A program made the translations under genes and the position numbers. Below, one piece after another: positions 26,561-37,346 of a DNA stretch of 64,000 bases. Position 1 is the stretch's first letter. Each line of letters starts with the position of its first letter. Location: NCBI GenBank assembly GCA_951406725.2, contig OX597840.1, forward strand, positions 22,258,001-22,322,000, read 5' to 3'. The notes beneath the pieces are model-generated. The model worked only from the letters and a program-made list of their open reading frames with translations, ran no database searches and was not told the DNA's origin. The DNA is from Octopus vulgaris (Eukaryota).

Positions 26561-26774
26561 TACGAGGTGGGTGCGGGAAAATTCCTGGCTTTAAGGGTGT
26601 CACGAAAGACCTGACTGGAGGCCCCAAACTTTCGAGTTCTTTTACAGGGTTCAGAAAAATTGAAGGTCCACCGCAATAAGTGTCTGAATCTGAGAGGAAG
26701 ATATTTGGAATAAAATCATAATTAACTGATCCTTCTCTGAACTGATCCTCCTAACTTTCCAGATTCCCCTCGTA
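26561..26774. mobile_element. Mariner-derived MITE (TA-cgagg...cctcg-TA); relatives at about 8460-8679 and 30177-30360
   Basis: short TIRs with TA ends and a shared internal sequence (cctggcttt...ctcagattca...taaaagaactc). Confidence 0.65.
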
Positions 26775-27010
26775 GTCATGACCCGTAGAATGTTTCTGAT
26801 CATAGATCGGCTGAAAGAAGACTAACCTGGGTTTAAACAACATGAAATGATAAAGGCCTAAAGCAGTTATGTAAAAATACAATGACTAATAAATAAATAA
26901 AGACAGAGGTAGAGAAGAAAGAAAGATTTATACCGCAAATAATGAATTTCTTTGCTTGTAATGGCCTTCACTCGCAAGTTCTGTGACACCGTAATTGTTT
27001 TAGCATTTCA

Positions 27011-27023
27011 GTTGCTAGGCAAC
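27011..27023. promoter_or_regulatory. RFX X-box (GTTGCTAGGCAAC) upstream of calaxin
   Basis: near-palindromic RFX consensus in unique sequence 1.7 kb upstream of the ATG of a ciliary/flagellar gene; candidate minus-strand donor at 26933 for a non-coding exon 1. Confidence 0.7.
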
Positions 27024-28372
27024 GACTAAACGATCGTCAAAAACTACGTTTATGAGTTATTCATTTATATATGTTTTATTTATTGATTTTAACATAACTC
27101 TGGGTTCAGCTGTTGTGAGCGAAAGCCTGAATATATATTTTCTCCTGCAGTCTCGTCTCAAACAATAATTACCCCACGAGTAAACAGAAACAGTACAAAA
27201 TCCGTCGAGGGCCTAGGGACACATGCGGACGGGTTGGCAGAATCATTCGGGTGTCGGACGTAAAAATACCTTGTTTGTTCATCCCAAGTTATTACGTTCT
27301 GAATGTAAATGCCACCGTTGCCTGTTTTGTGAGGTAGATTTAATCCATCGTTTGATTTAATCCCGCTATGCAGTCCTCGGAGAAGATCGCCCAGTCCTCG
27401 AGGGTATAACTACAGTTTGGTACCCCACTAAATTTGTTTCCTCACAACTTTTTGGAAAAAAGTATATTTTGAATGGATTTTCAAAGATACGTGTTATCGA
27501 GTGTGCTATTATGTTAATAATATATATAAGTTATCCTTCTTTTTTCTCTCCCGGTTTTGGATTTGGATTTTAAATGTGGTTTCGTATTTTCGTATATATC
27601 GGATAAAGACCTCTTCGGACATGAATGACCGTGGGACTGCACCTAGAAAGTTCTCTTCTGAGGCACAAGTCCGGGCAAGGTTGTTTATGGAAGACCAGCA
27701 GTCGCCCATACATACCAGCCTCCACTCTCCACGCCACCGATGTTATCCAAGGGAAAAGCAAAGGGGCCGACACAGCTTGGCACCAGTGACATTGCAACTC
27801 ATTTTTACAGCTGAATGAACTGGAGCAACATCAAATAAAGTGTCTTGCTCAAGAACAACACCCAGACCGGTTCGGGAATCAAACTTATTACCTCATTATT
27901 GTGAGCCCGACATTTTAACCACTGAGACATGCACTTTCAGACACACACACACACATATAAGTTATGGCCGGTCAGAAAGTTAGGATTGGTTTCACGTCTA
28001 TTATTGTTCATACCAATATAGACAACTCACCAGAGGTACCTAACCACTTTACTAATGGAGATAAGAATACAGTCTTGGTCAGCAATGGCTGTGCAAAAAA
28101 TACCCCAAAACAAAATTCTTGGAACCCAAAATTCCTTCTGGCCAAGATGGAGTTATCTCCCTTCTACCAGTTTCAGTTGTGTCCGAAAAGGGTTCGGTTT
28201 ATGTTTGATATCAATTCACTCATCAGCAAGGAGGGAATTCAATGTCTTCAACATGAATTTTCTCGCATGAGGGCACTTCACTTCACTTTTGGAATTTAAG
28301 AAGGACTTCGGGTCCTGCAAATTTTTAAAGTTCCTTGCCCTTTCAGATTGTATTTATGGATGACTGTCGGGT

Positions 28373-28375
<3 letters not shown>

Positions 28376-28436
<61 letters not shown>

Positions 28437-28563
28437 CACTTTCAAGTGCTGTGGTTTTACTGAGATCTCCCTTTTAGTAGAAAGAATAGCTATAACTCTT
28501 TGACTGCTATTTCTAAATTCGGTGTGTGGTGAGGCAAATCGTTGCTAAACCCTTAATTACTTA

Positions 28564-28623
<60 letters not shown>
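28376..28623. repeat. Two long (AT)n microsatellites. Others: (CT)n 6862-6945, (TAC)n about 23722-23755, (AT)n about 29200-29247 and 57617-57664
   Basis: read directly from the sequence. Confidence 0.95.
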
Positions 28624-28625
<2 letters not shown>

Positions 28626-29186
28626 GTAATTCTGTATTGAATGGGAAAATGTGTCACTCAAGAAGCACTTCAGTTTGAACAATTTTCATGATGTTTCATA
28701 TTTGGATGCTTTTATAAAATTCATTCAGTTGTTAAACATAACTAAATCTTGGAATTAAACGGTTTTGATTTACTGTCAGGTGAATTTTGGTCAGACCTGT
28801 ATGTATGTGTGTATGTCTTTGTGTCTGTATTTGTTCCCATAGCTTAGCTATGTGTATATATATATCTACCAAATCCATTGAGAAGGCTTTGGTCAGCTTT
28901 GTAGTAGAAACACTTACCCAAGGTACCACACACACACGTCTGTGCCTATAAACATGTATACATATATGCATACTCACACATACAGTTGCTTCAGTCATTT
29001 GACTGTGGCCATGCTGGAGCACTGCCTTTAGTCGATCAAGCAAATTGATCCCAGGACTTATTCTTTGTAAGCCTAGTACTTATTCTAGCTTAGCCAAACC
29101 GCTAATTTACAGGGAGGTGGACACACCAGCATCAGTTGTCAAGCGATATTGGGGGGACAAACATATATATATATACATATATATAC

Positions 29187-29251
<65 letters not shown>

Positions 29252-29335
29252 GGTCCCGGGTTGATTCGGGGTTAACCACAGTAAATAAGGTACTCAATAC
29301 ATAGCAGAGTAAAATTAATTTATTATATAGAAGGA

Positions 29336-29384
29336 GCTTCTACAGGACTAGAACTGTTTCATTCAAGAGAAATCTTCAGGAAGC
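29336..29384 (-). ncRNA. Type I hammerhead ribozyme motif (left arm, exact reverse complement)
   Basis: identical to 29390-29438 on the opposite strand. Confidence 0.7.
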
Positions 29385-29389
29385 TCAGT

Positions 29390-29438
29390 GCTTCCTGAAG
29401 ATTTCTCTTGAATGAAACAGTTCTAGTCCTGTAGAAGC
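29390..29438 (+). ncRNA. Type I hammerhead ribozyme motif (right arm of inverted repeat)
   Basis: stem I gcttc/gaagc, CTGAAGA, stem II ttc/gaa, GAAA, stem III cag/ctg, GUA triplet ending at 29433. Confidence 0.7.
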
Positions 29439-29889
29439 TCCTTCTATATAATAAATAAATATATATATATATATATATATAATATTCTGCTTGCTTCAGT
29501 TATTGGAATACGGCCTAGGAGATTTTTTAGTTATGTTTTTTTTTTACATCTTGTACTAATTCTATCTGCCTCTTTTGCCGCACCGCTAAGACATTCCAGC
29601 CTTAGTCACAGTCACCCTATCATTATTTTTCTAATTCCCACATGCTGAGAATGTCGGCATAACTACGTGAGTCAGTCCCCACCGATCTTGTTTCCTCATA
29701 TCGTTCCGGAAAATGGATATTTCTTTCAGGAAATACATTTCCGATGCCGTACATTAACGATTATATCGGAATTTTGCTGTGTAGTTATGCCGATACATCA
29801 ATGACTTGCATCATTCATTCAATGTACCTTTTCCGTTTTGTTTTTCAGAGTAAAGGATGTGTGATAAGAAAGAGACCTGGCTGCTATTT

Positions 29890-30065
29890 CTAGCGGATCG
29901 AGCGACGACGTAGTTGGCTGGCGGTACAGCGCGCGCCGCTGCTAGATCATTCCTCGGTAGTTCACCCCCTTTGTATCTAACCTCTTCCTGTTACTCCGAC
30001 TGTCACACATGAAAGCGTTCAGGGCGTTGCTAGGCAATAGGTCGCATCTGCAACCGGAAGTTAGT
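29890..30065. promoter_or_regulatory. CpG-rich promoter-like segment with a second X-box-like motif and an ETS motif
   Basis: GTTGCTAGGCAAT at 30026-30038, CCGGAAGT at 30054-30061, locally high CpG. Confidence 0.45.
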
Positions 30066-30515
30066 CATTGCTGAGGTCAGATTCTGTCCTTAGTACCTGG
30101 AGAACGTGTCAATAAACGAAAGACAACTCATCTCGCGCTTGTTATTTGGTCAGGCACACACACACACTTCTAAACATGCGAGGGCAAGTTGAAAAGTCAC
30201 TGGCTTTGGTTAAAAGAAAATACGGGAAGATCTGTTAATTATGATTTTATTCGATATATTTCCCTCTCAGATTCAGTCTTTCTAAGCCCGTAAAAAAACT
30301 TGGAAGTTTGGGCCTTTCGCGACTCCCTTACAACCAGGTACTTTTCAGCACACTCTCGTATATCTGTCAAATATATCTTCACAAGGGCCCATGTAGTCAC
30401 GAGCATATAAACACACCCTCTTGGCCATCCCATCTTTGACCCAAGCGGATCACCGACGACCTGACCATTTAGAAAGAGAACTGTAACCAACATGTTTGGG
30501 ACTCATTGTAACATA

Positions 30516-31077
30516 CCTACGCAAGTGTGTCTCTCGCCCGACTTAGTTTCCTTATAACTTCCAGAAAAATGGGTATTTTTTGATGAAATTTTCTACAAAT
30601 ATACTTCAGATGGGGTAGATTTAGATTATATCGGGATGTATTGCGAAAAAAAAGTTTTTTCCGAGGATGGGGACAGGAGTTTCGTACAATTCACACGAGT
30701 CGACTATGTTTACTCATTTAAGAAAAATTCAATATTAAAACAAAAATTGGTGGGTTCGCACACATACTGACACATAAAATGGTACGTTACAAGCTGCTTA
30801 GATTTTCACTATCAATTCCGATATAATCCTTGTAATCTATAGCATCTGAAAGGAATTTCTAGAAAATTTCATCAAAAAATCCCCGTTTTTCTTAGGAAAC
30901 AAAGCCAACTCGTGTTGGTTTTCCAAAACTCCTCTCCTCACCTTTGGAATAAAAAAATTCACCACAAATTCCGATATGTACATCATCAGAAGCGTATTTA
31001 TAGATTTCTTTTCAAAATATCAATTGTTCAGGATGTTTTAAGGAGACAGAGTCAGGGTAGGAGGGCACTTGTGTAGG
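30516..31077. mobile_element. Non-autonomous DNA element with about 55-bp imperfect TIRs
   Basis: cctacgcaagtg...ataacttccagaaaaat mirrored by ...gcacttgtgtagg; partial relatives at about 6070-6325, 27410-27480, 35340-35385. Confidence 0.6.
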
Positions 31078-31549
31078 TTTGCCCTCATTTTTAGCTGAGT
31101 TCACTCAAGCAGCATGAAAAGAAGTGTGTCACTGAAAGACATCAGGTGCTAGGCTGGTGTAGGGATCGAAATCACAGGCCTTTATGATCATGAGAACGTC
31201 ACCCTATGTGTATATATGTGTGTGTGTGTGTGTATGAACTCGTGGCCCAGTGCATAAGATTTCAGCATTGCAAGCCAAGGACGGTTGGTCAGTGTCTGGT
31301 TGACTCTGTAACTGTGTAATAAGAAGGTTTTGTTTCCTAAACACATGGTTCCAACTTAGTGAGTGGCACCATGGGCATGTGTCTTCTACTATAGCTCCAG
31401 GATGACCAACGTTTTACGAGTGGATTTGGGTGATGGGAACTGAATGAGCTCATCAGAGCTGTCGCACACATATATATATCAACATTTCACTGAGTGCAGT
31501 ATACTAGCACAAAAGGAGTATAAATGCAGACATGACTGCGTAGGCAAAA

Positions 31550-31715
31550 GAGTGCATTGGGAGGTTGGCTGAGAGTATGGCTTTGAAATAACAGAAAAGT
31601 GGTATGATCATGAACCAGGAGCTCTGATAGGAAATGAGAATTACAAGATCCTGTGGAACTTCCCCATAAGGACTGACCATACTACTAAAACAAGAAGGCC
31701 AGATATTATAGGAAT
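31550..31715 (+). mobile_element. Dong/R4-like fragment
   Basis: KWYDHEPGALIGNENYKILWNFPIRTDHTTKTRRPDII, homologous to the element at 17782. Confidence 0.65.
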
Positions 31716-32682
31716 GGTGGGGTAAGCTGATTATGTTGATCCCAGTGTTCAACTGGTACTTACTTTATTGCGTCCAAAAGGATGAATAGCAAAGTTGACC
31801 TTGGTAGAACTTGAGTTCAGAATGTTAAGACAGACCAAATGCTGCTAGGCATCTTGCCTGGCATGCTAGCAATTCAACCAGCTTGCCACCTTCTATTCAC
31901 AACGTTATTAGTAACTATATACAAAGCAATAGACATAATATTAATTGTAATCTCCATCCTAGAGGATGGAGAGCCCATTTGAGACAGGTTATTTGGTGTA
32001 ATATTCCATTTAAGATAAAGTTGGCCACAAACATACTAGGCAAAGTTTACACAGTTCTGGACAAACATTTTCCACCATCAAGTGCTGGATGTGTAATACC
32101 AGTGCGCATGCATGACAGAGTGTAAGCACCCTGAGAGAAAAGCTGGACATAAGGAGCATTAGATGTATGCAGGAGAGACGACTGCACTGGTATGGTCATG
32201 TGTTGTGTATGGATGAGAAAAGCTGTGTGAAAAAGTGTTACACCTTAACAGTGGAGGGAACTTGTGGATGAGGTAGACCCAGGAAGACCTGGGATGAGGA
32301 GGCGAAACACAACCTATGAACGTTGGTCCTCACAGACGCAATGACAAGCGACTGAGTCCTTTGGAGATATGCAAGTTTATTTTGAGCCTCAAAGAGAAGG
32401 TTATTAAATATTATATTGAAAAGTTGATAATAGTGTCCCACCATATAATTTAGGGAATATCAGATGTAACTTATGCCTCAAGGAAACACTGCAAATGCTT
32501 AAATACAAACCTAATATAATAAATAAGTGGAAAGGATTAATGTTATGTTGTTCACATTTATTTAGAAGAAATTTCCAAGCATCCCCAAATAAATATAGCA
32601 CTAATTTATTCATACTGGGGCACCGCCTTAAAATTTTAGTTGAATGAATCGACCCAGCATATCGGTTCCATTCTAGCAAAAA

Positions 32683-32720
32683 CTGTCCGATGAACGGCAA
32701 CGGGAAACTCAGAGTAACAG
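32683..32720 (+). ncRNA. Minimal hammerhead-like motif with CCGATGA core
   Basis: ctgt-CCGATGA-a-cg-gcaa-cg-g-GAAA-ctc-a-gag-TA-acag; all three stems present; followed by aataaa and (TA)n. Confidence 0.55.
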
Positions 32721-32752
32721 GTTTTGTTGAATTTTCTGCTGCTTTAAATAAA

Positions 32753-32797
<45 letters not shown>

Positions 32798-33663
32798 ATG
32801 AGGGAATATTATTCCAAACTTATAGAGAAAAATTCAATTTAGAAATACTAAATCAAATTTCCCAAAATTTATATATATATATGTGTGTGTATATATATGT
32901 ATATATATCTATATATACGTATATATATATATATCATCAATGTTTAACGTCCGCTTTCCATGCTAGCATGGGCTGGACGATTTGACTGAGGATTGGTGAA
33001 CCAGATGGCTGCACCAGGCTCCAATCTTGATCTGGCAGAGTTTCTACGGCTGGATGCCCTTCCTAATGCCAACCACTCCGAGAGTCAGCAATGTCAGTGT
33101 GTATGAATCTGCAGTTTCTCTTTGCTTTTATCCTGTTAAACCATTCCAGTACTTCTAAAGTGTTACATCATAATCTGAATGAGGAAACTGCTTTTACTCC
33201 GAAAATGGATTTTTCTTTTTTTTTTCCAACTACACCTAACTCTAACTTTACTGGGTTAATCAATCTAGACTAAGGGATCAACTTTATAGTCTTAAGCATT
33301 ATAAAAAGGGTTGCGGTGCCAGGTATTCTATTCTAGCATTTATTTTTAGTTTGCAGCCAACTCCTTGGCTTCCAGCTTAATGACCCTATAAACCTCTTAT
33401 AAATATTTGCTATATTATTAGATAGAAGACTTTCATATATACTATCACCTTTGCTGTATATATTGTTTTATCAGAGGAACCATGCAATTTATCTGATTTG
33501 CATAGATGTATTAAATATTTATTCAATTTACTTTAGAAGCTGTTTCACACCTTAAGAACTTAGTTGTTTTTAAGATGTTTAAAAGACCTTCTTTAGATTT
33601 TTTAAATGTCTTTGTAATGCAGTGAAGTCAAATTTTTCTTTATAACGCCCACGCTAAAAAAAA

Positions 33664-33740
33664 AGTTCCGACGAAGCTAGGTGATACATAAGCACTCAGC
33701 AACGAGTGCATTGCATCCATAGCAGAAACAGCTGTAAGCT
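33664..33740 (+). ncRNA. Hammerhead-like motif with CCGACGA core and extended stem II
   Basis: agtt-CCGACGA-a-gcta...gcactc/gagtgc...tagc-a-GAAACAGCTGTA-agct. Confidence 0.5.
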
Positions 33741-34319
33741 AATGAAGTTCATTACATCATTTCTTGTTCCTTTGTATTATCTCTTATTCAATTAATGCTT
33801 TTTTCTGAAGCATAAGTATATTAAATTCTAACGCTAGATTATTAGTATCGCTATGCTTTAACGTAATAATATACATACATGTGTGTGTGTGTATTATCTT
33901 TAATCGGCAGGAGTTACAAAGTGCCTCAAGCGCTGAGATCTTTGTGCATGGCACTTACGCACGAAACTCCCGGCCTTTGTGTCACTTTGTAACTTCTGCT
34001 GATTTAAAATATATATACATATATATATAGTCATGTTTTAGGTTCTGTCTCTCCACAGTGTACTACCTTGCATACACACACACACACATAAACACTCATA
34101 CACATTCACACATACGTATACACATACATATACACACTTGCCTCATAAGCGAAGTTTTTTTTTTTTAACAACCGATACTTTAATTTTTAATAGTGTTTAA
34201 TCCAGAAAATAATTTTATAATTAAAAAAAACCCAGATTGTAATAAAACCCTTTTTTTTTCTTCCGCAAAACCCGAAACTTCCTCGTCTCGGCGTTAGTAC
34301 AGATGAGAAAGCTCTCATC

Positions 34320-34420
34320 ATGGCGGACGCCGATTCGTTGTACGACATGAGTTCTGACTTGGATATGGATCAAAGCGCCGTCGATGCAGACGTAGAAGAC
34401 GACGAAGTGTCTGGACAAAG
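34320..34420 (+). CDS. First coding exon of an unidentified gene (acidic N-terminus)
   Basis: atcATGG start in CpG-rich unique sequence; MADADSLYDMSSDLDMDQSAVDADVEDDEVSGQ; AAG|gtaatt donor, phase 2. Confidence 0.75.
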
Positions 34421-35261
34421 GTAATTGATATTCTCCCACCATTTGCTTTGCTTATTCGCTCTCATATATTCTCCGTTTCTGCACACAAATCCCGACCTTA
34501 TCCCGAGTCGGGGCCATCGAAGCCGAGTCTTCATTCTTCACTCGAAATCCGTCTTTTCTTCTGCGTAGACAAGAAACCCAACAATTTGAGATTTTCTCCT
34601 TCTTTCTTTCTCGTAAATTTCCCAATTCATATTTCTATTTCCCTCCGACCTTCTTCCTCTCTTCCCATACCTTTGTTTTAATCATTTATTTCCCCCCAAA
34701 TGTCTTCTGCAACATTTCTCACGTTTATTTCTCTCTAATTGACTTTTTGTTTATTAACGATTGCCTCGAAATCCTCATTAATATCATTAACACTAATGAT
34801 CTTTAACACAGGCACGAAATTACTTTTGTCTGGCAACGATATAAAGATTCATATCGTTGATTAAATTAGCTGTATCTGTAATTCACTGGGGCAGTTTCTA
34901 TCCCAGCCATTCGCCGCCTCCCCTTCGTCCTCCTCATGGAAGATATTAAACCAACGAATTAAACAAACAACAACGACTTCGGTGCGATTTGAAATCGGCA
35001 CTGGGCGTAAACGAACTAAATATCGAGCAAGGCTTCATTCGTATTCCTATTTTCTTTGCTTTTTCTGTTCCTTTTTTGCCGATTTTTATCGCAATTTGCC
35101 AACCAAGCAACCCTTAGACACGAGGAGCCGACATAATTCGCTGGGAGTTGCAGTCAATAACTGAATCGACTGCCACCAGTAATTATCTGCTTGATGAAGG
35201 GCAAACATCACCTTTTCCGGTGAAATAACTGTAACAATACAGGGAGTTGAAGGCTTGTGTG

Positions 35262-35295
<34 letters not shown>

Positions 35296-37222
35296 GTATG
35301 TATGTATGTATAACTATAGATTGGTGATTCCCCCCCCCCCCTCTCAAACTTCGTTGCCTCATAACTTTCTGAAAAATGCATGTTTTTCTTTTTTCCTTTT
35401 TAAATTTTGCTGCGATTAGATTTCGCAGGTTTTGATAGCAATTATGTTGATAAAATTTAGTAAAAAACGAATTTGGTGTTGAGTTTCGAATCGGTTCTAT
35501 TCACCCCACCCTTTCGGCTGACCCTACTTTTTTTTTTACCACCAATTTGCGTAACTTTAAGCTATTTTCGCATTTAATTTTCCCAGATTTACATTTGAAA
35601 CGTCCACTTTACGTGGTTTACATTCTAGAAAACATATTTTTGTAAAATGTCATTTAAAATTATGAATGGTGGGAAAGAGAGAATGGAAACTCCTTATGAA
35701 AAAGAGAGAGAGAGAGAGAGGGCGGGTGTGTAATAACTGCGGGAATATAAAGGAAATTATATCGGTGAACCGTCTTCCACATATTCACATATACCTACAT
35801 AGAGACATGGATGCATTCGTATATATTTACGAATAATTATGTAATGATATTGCAATGAATTTTACGAATGCAATTTCTGTTAAATGATCGTTTTATCAGT
35901 GATGCTTATAATTTTGGGGACTGTATATATTTATATACGTGCATATATATATACATGCATTAGGCGGGTTTTGTGTCCGTTCGGTGAGAGTTTATATCTC
36001 TCAATTACATTTAAAATCTACGCTTAAGCATCTCAGATTTAGTAGTAGTAGTAATAATAATGGTTTAATTTAATAAAAATATTCTTAGCAGTTGGGTGTG
36101 TTTTGAAGGGTGGAGGCATGGAAAAAGGAAAGTGTGGCTTTCATGCCCTTCTCAAGAGCGTAGTTGTGGAATAGAAGTGTTGGTTGCACAGGGCTACAAA
36201 TTCGAATTTTTAAAGGGCTGAAGATCTATTCACGTCACCTCCCTTTTAATAACTCTATCTCCTTTATTGATGTATATACCTCTCTATACGTGCGTATGAG
36301 TGTATATTTGCGCGTGCGTATATATATATAATATACTTTTATAAGATGAGTTGTGTGATAGTGACTTCGAAGTTCGTCTGCTCGTCTTCATCGGACTGTG
36401 GGAACTTCGAAGTCACTGTGACCACTCTTGTAAATGCACCATAAATACATACTGTACAAAATGTATCGAGTAATCCTTCGGTTTAATATAAAATTGTTTT
36501 ATTATAAACTCGACGAGAAAACAAACATATATAGATGTACATACATGTATGTAGATGTTTTAATATATACAGCATCGAAAAAATGCCGTTATATACATAT
36601 ATAGATACATATCCTCGCATTGGAAATCATATAGGTACATGTATGTACATATAATCGCATATGCCCACGAATTACAGGCGCTGAATGCGATCTTTGGTTT
36701 TGCTTGTGCCACAAAAATACCTGTTAATACCTCTCCCAGCTCTTCATTTTACCATAGACACTGTCTTCTAAGGTTAAAACATTCTGGGGTTTTTTTGTCA
36801 ATTAGTGTCAAAATAGGATGACATTGCAAATGAGATGAGTCGAGCGTCTGAACTGATCAATATAATAGTGTCACGACCTTCTACATGTAGCAGCCAAATC
36901 GCATTCTGTCATCTTCAAAGCGGAAGGACACCATTTCACATATACAAGGCAATGCTCATTGCCATATACTATAATAAAGTTTACAAAACGATGGCATGAT
37001 CAAGGTTGGAACGGATTTGATTGTAGGTCTCCCCCATTTATTGCTGACCTGGAACTGAACAGTAACAAAAATAGATTTATTACAATTATTTTAGATTTCT
37101 GATCAAAGGTTTCTCCAGATGTGGCCATCCCATATTTCTTTTATATATATCAAGAGCTCTACTGTCCAATATCTTCTTTTAAGACTATGGCTATGTCATT
37201 TGTGACGACATTGTGTGTGTGT

Positions 37223-37346
37223 GTTTACGATCAGATCACGTTTAAAAAAACACCGGTTCTCGTCCCGTTGTCGAAGTTAAGCAACGTTGAGCGTAGTTAA
37301 TACTTAAACGGGTGGACCGCTCGGGAAACCTTTGAGCTGGTAAGCA
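37223..37346 (+). pseudogene. 5S rRNA pseudogene / 5S-derived sequence
   Basis: full-length similarity to invertebrate 5S (acaccggttctcgtcc..gaagttaagcaacg..gttaatactt..gggtggaccgc.gggaa...gtaagca) with many substitutions and small insertions; not in an array. Confidence 0.8.

Larger units (their letters stand above)
29318..29456. repeat. Perfect inverted repeat, 67-bp arms, 5-bp spacer
   Basis: 29318-29384 is the exact reverse complement of 29390-29456. Confidence 0.95.

Noticed and set aside
37223-37346. Functional 5S rRNA gene
   Set aside because: Insertions and substitutions in the internal promoter and stems, solitary copy; called a pseudogene
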